Of a stretch of DNA of 64,000 nt, positions 28,901 to 39,230 are shown one piece after another. The notes under the pieces were generated by a model. That model was given only the letters and a program-made list of their open reading frames with translations. It did not search any database and was not told the DNA's origin. How positions within the stretch are numbered: position 1 is the first letter of the stretch; each line of letters opens with the position of its first letter. Source of the DNA: Ascidiella aspersa (Eukaryota). A program made the position numbers and the translations under genes. Location of the stretch: positions 3,844,001 through 3,908,000 of the forward strand of contig OZ004614.1 in the NCBI GenBank assembly GCA_963924565.1, in the 5' to 3' direction.

Positions 28901-31900
28901 CTTCCTGGGTGAAACGTAAAGATGAACTTAAACCTGAAGCATCAAGTTTAAAGTCTGCCAAAGAAGTCAATGAAGAGAAACTTGAATTTCCAAGTATCCA
29001 GAAAAATAAACCATCTTCAGTGACCAAAAAGAACTCTGACAAAGAGACAAAATCTACTTCTGTGGTAAGAAGTAATTCAAATCAAACCGGCGAAAATAAA
29101 CCATCGTGGGTAAAACGTAAAGATGAACTTAAACCTAAAATAGAAAGTGTAAAATCAGATGTCAAGGTTGACAAAAAGGAACTTGATTCCCCTACTAAAG
29201 ATGAAAAAGACAAACCATCCAAAAAGGGCTTGGAGAGAGAAGTCAAAACTAATTCAGTTGTTCGAACGAATTCAAATAAAACTAATGATAATAAACCTTC
29301 CTGGGTTTCCAGAAAAGATACAAAAGAAGAAGAAAAAGCCAATGTGGCAACAGTTGCAAGAAAAGAGTCGGATAAAACCTCCAGAACCTCTGCAACAACA
29401 GTTACCAGAAAGGAGTCAGACAAACAAGTTACAAAAGCTAAGGAAAACGAAACCAAAACAGACATCAATTCTCCTGTGCCTAGTGCTAAAAAACGAAGCA
29501 CATTTGAAAAGAAGCAGGGAAAAGATGATGTGGCCATGGCAATCAGGTTGTCAAAACTGGATAAGTCAGAAGGACAAAATAAGACCGATCCCTTTAAGCC
29601 GAAATGGTTGAACTCAACGCCAAGTAAAGATCCAGATAAGCCAGCTAGCCCCCATAAAACAGTCTCAAAAACCAGCGAAGAAAAACCGTTGGACAACGCA
29701 AACTCCAAAGTGGACTACTTGAATGTTTTGAGTAACAAGCAGAAATCAAAGAGAAGTAATTCAACTGAAAATGAAAGTGATGGGGCAAAAGACGATCCGG
29801 CCCAGAATGAATCTGCTAAATCACCATCTTACAACTCCAAAGAACAGACTCCAGAAAACCCGATTTTAAAGCTAAAAAAGGTGACAAGTGAGCCAAAGAA
29901 AGCAATAAAATCACCAGAAGTCCAGGCTATGCCTAAACTGAGAACTCCACAAGCAAGGTCAAATAACGCAAGACCATATTCAATAGCGGTAACAGAGAAA
30001 AGTTCACTTCAAGTCGCCGAAACGACACAAGTAAAACGAAACAACTCAGACAAGAAAAGTACCAAGCCTAACTTTGAAGGAAAAAGCCCTACGGCAGACA
30101 ATAGTCAAACTAAGAACAAAGCAGATAGTCTTTCCACTGTTAAACTTAAAAAAACAACTGTTCAGACGAAGCCAGAGATAATAACGCCTGATGTTTCTCC
30201 AATGAATGATGAAATGAAGACAATTGAACGAACTTCTCAAAAACTTGACGAGGTCCTTGATGCTAAAAAAGCAGAGAAATCACCCGCTACAAAATCGCCA
30301 AGAAAATCTGTGACGCCAAGAAAAGCAACAGCAAATAACACAGAGTTGTCGTACCCACCGAAGCAGAAAATCTCACCCACAACCGAGAGTCCAAAAAGCA
30401 GTGAAAAACCTGCTCCAAAGTGGAAAATGGTAAAAGAATCCGACCATCTTCCTGAAAAATCCAAAATTAATGGTCAAATAAAAACAGAAAAAGCGGCTGT
30501 ACAAAGGAAAAAGACCCCGCCTAAATCACCATTAAAACCTTCTGGATTTGTATCAGGAAAAGCGGCTTCTTTTAATAAAAACAACAGCAACACTGTGAAC
30601 AGGGACTCCGGTGCAGAACCAAACTACCAAAAACAAAACAGCACCAAAAAGCCCGGCAGCGAAAAACTTGTGATAGAAATTCAGGAGGTCACATCGCCAG
30701 TCATCAAGGACAAACATGACCATTCGAGGATGAGCAGAAAAGGCAGTACTCTGACTTCCGAAACAGATGACAAAACGCAAGTAGGCAATGGGTCTGTCAA
30801 GGAAAGCAACAGTGCCGAAAGTCCGCAAAACGAGGAAGCAAAAGAAAATCACCCATCTGGAGGTTCTGCTCCATCGTGGGTTTCAATGGCTCGGAGAAGA
30901 TCCAAAAAGTGGGAGAACATCATTTCAAAACCACCGCCTGAAAAATCTACAACCTCAAATCCACAAAATAAGGTAGGGCAGTTTATAAATAAGGTAAAAT
31001 TTGACGAATGACACTTTAAAACAGTGGTTATTTTTAGCCTTTGACACACTAAGAAAATCAACACTTTCAACAATCAATAATATCATAACTTGACAATTGT
31101 TACATAGCAAGGCCATAGATTAACATCATCGTATTAGTGCTAATCAGGGCTGGGGAGCCACCGTAAAATAGCATTAGCTCCGGCTCCAGCTCCGGAGCCA
31201 TCAGGCAATTATTTAATGGCTCCGGCTGCATTAAAAACTCAATCCTTTGGCTCCGGCTCCAGCTCCGGAGTAGTAAAACTCATATCCTTTGGCTCCGGCT
31301 CCAGCTCCGGAGCCATCAAACACACACCCAATGACTCCGGCTCCAGCTCCGGTGCCACCAGTCACTTATTCAATGACAAGTTTTAAAAATTGCTTTTGGC
31401 TAACTAACGTTGGAGATGGAACAAAATATATTTTCTTAGCTTTAGCACCACAAATTGAAAAATGGCTCCAGCTTCACAAAAATAATAAAAAGGGCTCCGG
31501 CTCTGGCTCCAGCTCCACAAAAATAATAAAAATGGCTCCGGCTCCGGCTCTGGCTCCAGAGAAAATGCTTAGCTCCGGGCTCCAGCTCCGGCTCCGGCTC
31601 CCCAGCCCTGGTGCTAATGAATATTGTGCATTTAAGGCTTAGATGCTTGACTGCATGCCTATTAGTTTCCCAAATAAATAAAAAATTGTGGCACACCACA
31701 GATTCTATGGAGGCACACAGTTTGAGAATTACTGCTGTAAAACCATAAAAAATATTAACACAATCCAACCAGTATAAACACCAATATTTTTATTTAGGTG
31801 ATAATCTTAAAAAATTTCTTACGACAGCTTTGGATATATGTTGTTCAACATACTAACTTTTTTCAGGTTACTGAGAAGTCGAACGAAGATAAAAAGATTC

Positions 31901-32235
31901 CAGAAAAGGCACAGCCACTCTCCAACCCAGAAAAGCACAGCGTGCCAACGAAGGACAAAAAAGTGTTTGAAGTGAAACCGGTTGCCATCGTTTCTAGCCC
32001 TTTCAAGCAGAGCAGTAAAAGTGTAGATGAAGCAGCAGCACACCAAAAGGGAAATATTGCCACTCGATCCATTAGCGCCGATGGGCAGCAATACAAGAAA
32101 ACAGACCTAGCCATTTCGGTCAGCTGCAAAGGTGACTCGAGCGAGATCGACTCTCATCAAGTTGGCAGTCCGCCTCCTTGGCTTGCGATCGCGATGCAAA
32201 AGCAAAAACGCTGGGTACGCGAAGAAACCGTATAG
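1953..32235 (+). CDS. CRACD: CRACD/CRACDL/KIAA1210 family (DUF4592) protein, ~1249 aa, 9 coding exons: 1953-2019, 3149-3290, 4452-4638, 5788-5913, 17424-17511, 25385-25506, 26688-26790, 28427-30972, 31867-32235
   Basis: Manual splicing gives an open 3750-nt CDS with compatible intron phases 1,2,0,0,1,0,1,0 and GT-AG boundaries. Family motifs appear in the expected order: RKKFKPFKALRRMFK, RISLSHDSIFTPE, LNNTAAYDKIAARPKNRR, and C-terminal PSWVSMARRRSKKW / PPWLAIAMQKQKRW. The donors at 4638 and 26790 are weak. Assignment among CRACD, CRACDL and KIAA1210 is unresolved. Confidence 0.8.
2894..3119. mobile_element. Degenerate hAT-type MITE ending ~30 nt before the exon-2 acceptor
   Basis: Ends cagggattcgaaac / gttgggaacacttg. 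Flanks ctttacag / cattacaa (6/8). Confidence 0.55.
4870..5770 (+). repeat. Four diverged ~170-bp tandem units, interrupted by a MITE
   Basis: The core cgtg.tgg.agattgatgttgct.act...gagtt.tcac.ctttagcagtg.tttt recurs near 4883, 5367, 5541 and 5712. Confidence 0.75.
5045..5338. mobile_element. Long-TIR (foldback-like) MITE
   Basis: Perfect 30-bp inverted block tacgagcttgtatcatcttcagttaatgtg plus outer inverted gtcgagta. Related copies at ~47700-48060 and ~18000-18090. Confidence 0.75.
8580..9090 (+). repeat. Diverged direct duplication with ~287-bp period
   Basis: aaagtagcaca..acaagttttga..gcatcatagttt and aatctatg.aaatatctgag are each present twice. Confidence 0.75.
13392..13830 (+). repeat. 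~160-bp direct duplication (~13392-13560 and ~13672-13830)
   Basis: tatacaggttcta.tggc.aaggtgttta..ttgtcgcaccc..ctgtaaaga.tgcacggaagcgttttaca is present twice. Confidence 0.85.
15815..16225 (+). CDS. Probable alternative first coding exon (137 codons) of the CRACD-family gene
   Basis: GC-rich ORF within an AT-rich intron. ATG at 15815, in-frame stop upstream at 15746-15748. Donor aag|gtagat at 16225 is phase 0, matching exon 17424. Confidence 0.65.
19766..20096. mobile_element. hAT (Buster-like) MITE
   Basis: Perfect 16-bp TIR caggggttcttaaact / agtttaagaacccctg. Perfect TSD tagtagga. Related copies at 47371-47690 and ~57980-58205. Confidence 0.92.
21559..21950 (+). repeat. Three diverged ~130-bp tandem units
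   Basis: tcaaacgtatttga.aataaatctaacgatgttga.tactgcaatcggcga recurs three times. Confidence 0.8.
25804..26002. mobile_element. MITE, same family as 39028-39230
   Basis: Ends tctagaatcctacc ... tctagaccagcgcc, with the same internal inverted structure. Confidence 0.8.
27230..27551. mobile_element. hAT-type MITE
   Basis: TIR cagtggtttcca / tggaaaccactg. TSD not clearly preserved. Confidence 0.65.
28427..30972 (+). CDS. CRACD: 2546-nt Lys/Ser/Pro/Glu-rich internal exon of the CRACD-family gene
   Basis: 856-aa ORF. Acceptor ttttag at 28426 (phase 1) and donor aag|gtaggg at 30972 (phase 0). Low-complexity composition typical of disordered regions. Confidence 0.92.
28727..29320 (+). repeat. Three in-frame ~201-nt (~67-aa) tandem repeats inside the large CRACD-family exon
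   Basis: aactctgacaaagag recurs at 28831 and 29032 (period 201). The protein unit KKNSDKE.KSTSVVRSNSNQT.E.KPSWVKRKDELKP occurs three times; the third copy is more diverged. Confidence 0.9.
31145..31610. mobile_element. hAT-type MITE with internal GGCTCC/AGCTCC hexamer arrays
   Basis: Perfect 15-bp TIR cagggctggggagcc / ggctccccagccctg. Perfect 8-bp TSD gtgctaat. Confidence 0.92.
31867..32235 (+). CDS. CRACD: Terminal coding exon of the CRACD-family gene
   Basis: Acceptor tttcag at 31866, in frame with the previous exon. Ends PPPWLAIAMQKQKRWVREETV-TAG. Candidate AATAAA at 33270-33275. Confidence 0.88.
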   Translation, partial: VTEKSNEDKKIPEKAQPLSNPEKHSVPTKDKKVFEVKPVAIVSSPFKQSSKSVDEAAAHQKGNIATRSISADGQQYKKTDLAISVSCKGDSSEIDSHQVGSPPPWLAIAMQKQKRWVREETV

Positions 32236-34693
32236 CTTCAGGTGCAGTTTGACACTGGAGGGATAGTTTCAGCCAAAAGTCGTTCTGGGATGAGTGATAA
32301 ATGAGGCAACGGTGGAACGTTTTCTGACATTTCTTTAAAAAATTGAAAAACTATGCCCACTCATAAAAATGCCAAATTTTACACATTTCGGGAATGTGGG
32401 TTGTGCGATAAGTAGAATTGTTTTGGCCATGTGAATTATCGCAGTCTGATCTATACTTGTAGCAGTGCTAACTGAAACTTGATTATAAACTTGAGATTAT
32501 AGGGAAAATTTCTTTAGGCTAAAAAAATGTTTCAGTATGACCTATTTTTTGTCAATTTTGCATTAGCAATGGATTGGACAGCTAAAGTTTTTTGTATTCC
32601 AGAAACATAATATAGCGCTAAAAACAATATATAAAATCATCTAGCCTTACAGATACATTTTGCTTTCCTATGAAAATACAAAGCAATGCTTCATGAACTG
32701 CAGTTTTGCTTTGGATGGAAAGATATTGTGAAAAACAGCACTCTATTAAATGCACTTTATTTAAAGGCGTATGTGCTATTGCTTCAATATATATATTCAA
32801 ACAATGTTGTATGCTTCACTGATTTGTTGTATCACTGGCCAGTGTGACCAGTTTCCAATTTTGTATTGTGTTCTTTTTTCTTTCTTTTGAGGCCTAACAT
32901 AGTCATAGTACAGAGTTTATAATTAAAGTTGCAGTATAAACTACATATTTATTTGTAGTATGTTGCATAAGATAATTTAATTCCCACTTTCTTTGTTGGT
33001 CATCTCAGCCATTCACTTTTTCATATGAAAGCCAAAATTGTTTAGTTTTTTTGTAATAACTATCGTTGCAAATATTTTGTGTGCATCATTGTGAGATAAT
33101 ATTGTAAATTATGTTTTTCTTGTTATTATCCTTTTGATGCAATATTTTCCTCTAACATTTCCTGTTATTAGAGATTATTTTGTCTACTTTTCGGTAACCA
33201 CATATTTTTGAAAAACAGGAATGGCAGTTAACTGTTTAACACTCGCAAATATTTTTAAAAGTTCCTAAAAATAAAATCTATTTAGTGTTTTAAATACCAC
33301 ACAAAACTAGAAGGCTGTTATATGGATTATTCAAACTTGTATGCATAAAATTATTACAGTGTATAACAGATATCGTGCCACTCTTGTTTTTAGTTAGATT
33401 ACCAATATGTGTAATGATAATAATGTTGCAGAAAAGTACACAAATAAAATGAAAAATCTTGTAAGAACCGGCTATAATATTAATCAAGTTCCTAAACTGT
33501 CAGCAGTAACAAAAGTTTATATCAGCTGTGTTAATACTTCTAGCTTAAACTAACATAGAGCTTATATATTTCCAATTATTAATGTTTTCCAGGGTATTTC
33601 ATAACTTACCTCCGACTTTGCCATTTCTTTTCTGACCTTGTACTTCAAAACTGATTATCACGAATGTAATTAAATCTGTTTCAGCTTTCATCAAGTTTGT
33701 GCTCTCACTTATTTTAAATCTTTTCTCAATTTGCAATTGTTGAAGAAAATCGTTTTACTTCTCTTGTGACTTTTTCATCTTTAAAAAATACAATAGCTTC
33801 CTTATTAGAAAACTAATGATTATAACTGTACTATGTGTACTTACTGTACAGCTATAGCTACAGCCGGAACAAAAGTAGATACTTTTTGATTTCTGTATTT
33901 TTTTGTATTTTCAGCTACAAAATGCCAGAATATCTTTCAAGTGTATTATAACACTCCAAATTAAAATAAATACGCATGTTCTTCACATAACCAAGGCACA
34001 AAATTCTAAACAACTTTTGTTACTTAAATTATCACTGTTTAAAAGTTATGTGAATACAAAAAAACTTTTATGATTTTTCAGGACAAAAAAAGTAAAACAA
34101 AATATCGTACCACAATACAAATTGCACAAATATGCATTCTATGGCAAAACTTAGTAATAATGTGGAACAAATAACTTAATCGCCACAAGTTTTTTGTGTG
34201 GTGTCCTCTTTATGTTAATGTTTGTCAATGGGTACTCCAACTGTTTGAAATAGCTTTGTTTTTGCAGAAAGACTTATAATGAACCATGTTTATTAGTATA
34301 GAAAATTATTTTATGTTACAAAAGACGGTAAAAACTGGCTTAAAATATGTTTTTTTATATAAATAAAAACCCTTTGGTAAGCTGTTTTTTTAACTTGGCA
34401 CTAACCTAATTTATAAGCAAAATTCAAGAAGAGCGTTTATAGCATTTAAAAATAAACGAGTTTGCAATAAACTATTTATTACAATAAGAATATATTATTT
34501 TAATCTAATATAAACAGAAGAAATATAAACTTTGCAAGAAATAAACATACATACAAAATGTACACAAAGATCTAAGTACATAGAAGCTGCTTTCTCACAA
34601 GCAAAGCATAAAACGCAGTACAGATGCCAAGGATTTGGCTTGCAGCGTTGCTTTTTTACACCGAGTAATAAAACAAATAATGGGATAAAAATG

Positions 34694-37600
34694 CTACGTG
34701 TAGGTGACAACCATCCAGGCAAGAATGAAGTAAAACAAACAAATGGGAAAGACCGCCAGGGCTTTTCGCGATTGCGGTTGACTATCACCGAGAAATGCTA
34801 CAGAGGCTGTAAAAAATATAAAATGAAACAATGGTTTGATTTCTATTGTAATTTTTTGAAAAAACTATTGCAATTTTGTCAGGTCCTGTTATAGTAATAT
34901 TTTACTACTTGTAATTGAAAACTTGACTTAACTTTTATGAATGACAACTCAAGTAATTTGGCGAAATTAGCAGATTTGGTTCATAGAATGTTTCAGTTTT
35001 ATTGCATGTACAATTATTTCTATAGGATTATGTAGACAATAAAATTAGCATAGTAATTTCTTTTAAAATATTATATCTATTGTACAAATCATAAAATGAG
35101 CAACAAGTTTTATGCAATTACTCGGGAGTATAGATATAAAAAGCTAACTGCAAGACATCAGGTAATGCCAGCTTATTATGATGGATAATATTGCTTTACA
35201 GGAGGTAAGCTAGAAAAATAAAAAAATAACTTAACAGAATCGATTGCAAGACAACAAGCAACAAATCAGTAGTTTTGCTCCGGTCGGGCTGTTATGACTT
35301 AGCACTTAAGGAACTATTTTCAATCGACTTGACAAAAAAATTAAGTGTTTCATTTAACATTTTTTATCCAACTTGGTTATTTAACTAAATTTTTGCATGT
35401 AAAACAATTTGCCTGCTATACCTTCAGTTTTGGATTTAAAGTTGTTTACAACACTGCTGGGCAATATCTAACTTAACAGGACTAATTTATACTCACCGAA
35501 AATAGACCAGCCATAAGCTGCAGCTACAACGATGCAGCGAATAGCGACAAACACGGCTGATTGAACGAACAACTTTACCAAGATCCAACAGACTAGCATG
35601 GCAACCACCAGAGGCAGTATGCAGTAGCCAAGAACACAGACACTCTGAAAAAATGATCTGAAATGCAACAATTTATACAAATTATTTATCAAATCACTTC
35701 CAGTAAACAGAATTACGAAGCACTAAGGAAAACAAATTAAACAAAATAATAAAATTAACAAAGGTATAATTCCTTTTTTCAATGGATAATTTCAGTTGAG
35801 TTTTATGCCTTTTAAAATAAATTAATTACAATAGTTTCTATTTGGCAAATGCATGTGCCTTTGCCAGTGTTGTAATGACTTAAGACAATGACTTGACTTA
35901 AGTGCACTTAAGTCGTTTAAACAGATTGAGCTATTTATCACAATATTACTTTACTTGCACACAAAACAATTTGCTTGCTATAGTTGCAGTTAATATATAT
36001 TTTACTTGAGGTATTGCTCATAATCGGACATAACGTTTCATTTTTTTGACAACGACTTGACTTGACTGGGACCTAAAGTTATTTCAAAATGACTAGTTTA
36101 AGGATTTTCATGTATATAAGGTAAGGCTAGAAAAACAACCAGTTTGTAGTGAGGTTAAAAATCACAACCTCAGCCATACCAGGATCGTCGCTACCGGGAC
36201 CAACTGGGGTCAGTTTGACTTATGGAAGGCTAGATTGCAGTGGTGTTTAATGTTTTAGTGATCTGCTGATTATAGTAATTGCATGATTTAATAATAAGTT
36301 TGTATGGGTTAGTTTTATGTACGGAGTGGTTCAATATGGGAATAATACAGTATTATCAAAAATTTTGGATAAAGACCGGACCAGTTTTCAGAAACTATGA
36401 CAAATTAAAAACTTACATTTTGCCACCGAGCAGTTGGGCATTGAGTGTTACGATTCCTGCTCCGACCCAAACAACGACAAAAACCTCAGCAAACTGTGGG
36501 CCATGTCCACTTGAATCATCACCAGCACCTTAATGGAAGAATAAGTTTGAAATTAGGGAGATTAGTTGGATATTGTAAGTAATATAAAAGCCCATTATAG
36601 AAGTACTGTAGGTGGCAGTCCGGTGATGTTTCAAATAAATTTTAAGATAATGGATGGTGGTTGTAGTTAGGCATCACAGGTAGGGGTCAGTTTGTTAACG
36701 TTTCAAATGAATCTTAAGAAAAAGTCTGCGGGTTGTAGTTACAACCAAAGGCCAAATAATATTAAGTAACTTTGATAATATGGGAGTATGGGACCCATAT
36801 TCTGTACGAGCTATGTGAAAGCCAAAATACATGGTCTGAGCTTGCTAAAATGTTTGAATTTGTAATATATATTAGAATGAGCGATAAAACAAAAGGTTTT
36901 AACCTTGAGCTTACAGCTTTCTCTTATAAAGATAATTTTTGGAACTACCTGGCCTAATGGAACAATATTCAGTCCAGCACTACATCTTATGTATTAGGCA
37001 AATAGCCAGTTGAGTCACTATAAAATTAATCAGTGAAATCGAGTAAGTACTCACCATTTAGTAATATGGCCAACACAACACACAGAATCAAGGGTCCCCA
37101 TAAATCCCCTGCAACAAAACAAGAAAGTAAGTTAGACATGAAAATCTTTAGCAATAAATCACATACAGACATTAATTGCCAGCTAGTTTAACTAAAATCT
37201 ATAAAAATATAAATGTCTTACAAAAATTAAACTTATCTCTAAAATGTATATATTCACATGTAAAACATTCATAAACATGTTGCTAATATTATGTAACCAA
37301 GCCCTTCAGAAGTCAAACTGACCAACAAATAGTACACTTAACCGAAAGCCTTCGGAAAGACAAATGCCATTTAGACAGCCTAATTAGGATTATCGTCTAA
37401 ACGAGGCAAGGGTAGAAAAAATCTGGTTTGTGGTGAGGTTTGAACTCACGCCTTCTGGCAAATCCGTGACTGATCCGTAAGAGCACTGTTTTGCTTGTAC
37501 GATAGCCCTGATTAGGGCGACTGATTTTGGTAACCCTTTATGAAGGTATCCGATGAACTATTCATATCTATATCGAGAAAGATAATTAAGGGATGTTAAA

Positions 37601-38623
37601 GCTGAATAACTTACAATCTCTAAGCAGCATTGAATTCTTTCTTGGGTAAACTATGTGAGCGAACTTTGACCCAATAACTTTCATATCCCGAACCTGAAAA
37701 CAATATACAACAACTATTACGATTTATTTAACCTTAACTAGAGATTTTTTGTGATTTCACTATTAACCTACATCGGCACTTGTAAGGCAGTTGCATATTA
37801 TTAAAGCAAGACAGATGTATATTAAAGTACCATAAAAAAACACATAAATTGATGTAGCACAGTTTCCTACGAATAATATTTTAACTGTTTTAACACAAGA
37901 CTAATACTATTTACAACATATGTTGGTTATAGTGCAAAAATGAAATCATAGCAAAAATTAAAAGTTTTAGGCAAAGTCCCAGTTTTGGTCTGTGATAAAA
38001 AAAAACAGCTGACGCACATCTAAACTGCCTACACTTTCGCTTAGTGGTGTTAATCATTTAGTGTGAAATATATTTACAAGGAACTACCTTGATTTTAACT
38101 GATGCAGATTTATTATAATAATATATATATATATATACAGATGTGCAAGGCTTACAAGTCCGATTGATAGAAGTTAGGACTCAGTAAGACATTTGTAAAA
38201 CTATCAGAGACTGGAGTCAGATGTACGCAAGCGCAGTACCAAATTTTACAACAGTTTAGTGAAAGGTGGATGAGTTATATGACACCTCTATTAGTGGATT
38301 GCTTCTGCCTGATTTTAGTTTTGTTAATCGGTGAAATACAGGCTGTACAATCAGACCTGGACTAGAGACTCAATGAAATTGCCACATTTGGCTGAATTTG
38401 CTTTCACCCGAATTCTTTTTGTGCGTCCCTGTAGCTGTGACATGAAATCCTTAAGCTTAAGTGTTAGAAGTCTAGCAATATTAACACAAACACATACAAA
38501 TGTGTCTTTAACTGGTTCGTCCAAAGTTGAGAGTTCGTCTAAATCTTCATCAAGGTCTACCGGGGGCTGGTGAATCTCCCCCTCAACCGGCATATTATAC
38601 GACACTTCTTGAAAATCTGTCAT
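34694..38623 (-). CDS. YIPF6: YIPF6 (Yip1-domain Golgi membrane protein), 214 aa, 6 exons: 38623-38498, 37693-37615, 37108-37055, 36528-36417, 35657-35497, 34806-34694
   Basis: The spliced 645-nt CDS is open. Motifs: STLDEPVKDT, LLRDWDLWGPLILC, GPQFAEVFVVVWVG, LLGGKISFFQSVCVLGYC, FLGDSQPQSRKALAVFPICLFYF. Minus-strand AATAAA at 34475-34480. Confidence 0.95.
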
Positions 38624-39027
38624 TTTTTATAACAACTTTTTCCAAAATCAAACTAAAGCTGTAACATAGAACTGAAAAATATAATCTACTTGTAGCACTA
38701 CTCAATTAAACATATATATGAGGTGATCAATAGAAATGGACAAAAATTGTTTTTCACAAGTGTCATGATCTAAAAACAGTAAGCTTAATATTGGGTATCG
38801 GTATAGTGATATTTAACATGTCACATCCTTAGTTACAACCACAGAATCGACATGCAGTGTATCCAGGTTATTTTGATAATAATAACCTCCTCTGGTAATT
38901 GTAATTTATGTTAAGCAACGTTTTCGGCAACCTATTCAAATCTTTTTTGAAATCGCACTTCGCAAGGACTTAAATCCCAGTAGAAGTCATCAGTTGTCTA
39001 AGTCAAGTCATTCATATAACATAAATC

Positions 39028-39230
39028 GGCGCTCGTCTAGAATCCTACCACAACGAACATTACTTGGGTTAGGGTGCAGGTTAGCGTTTGGGTTTGGGTG
39101 AGTCCAGTAATAGTGTTAAACAATATTACTTGACCTACCCACACCCAAACACTAACTGACACCCTAACCCACATATTATGCATTGCTTAATAATCATTTC
39201 AACGTTGTGGTAGGATTCTAGACCAGCGCC
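39028..39230. mobile_element. MITE with GG termini, ~28-bp TIRs and GGGTTAGGG-like internal motifs
   Basis: TIR ggcgctcgtctagaatcctaccacaacg / cgttgtggtaggattctagaccagcgcc. Perfect TSD cataaatc. Further copies at ~25804-26002, ~26862-27074 and ~63932-64000. Confidence 0.9.

Noticed and set aside
28416-31073. Several antisense and alternate-frame ORFs (up to 208 aa)
   Set aside because: They are shadows of the biased-composition large exon.
31289-31642. 117-aa PA-repeat ORF (MAPAPAPEP...)
   Set aside because: It lies almost entirely within a MITE with perfect TIRs and TSD. The ORF is a by-product of the GGCTCC hexamer arrays.
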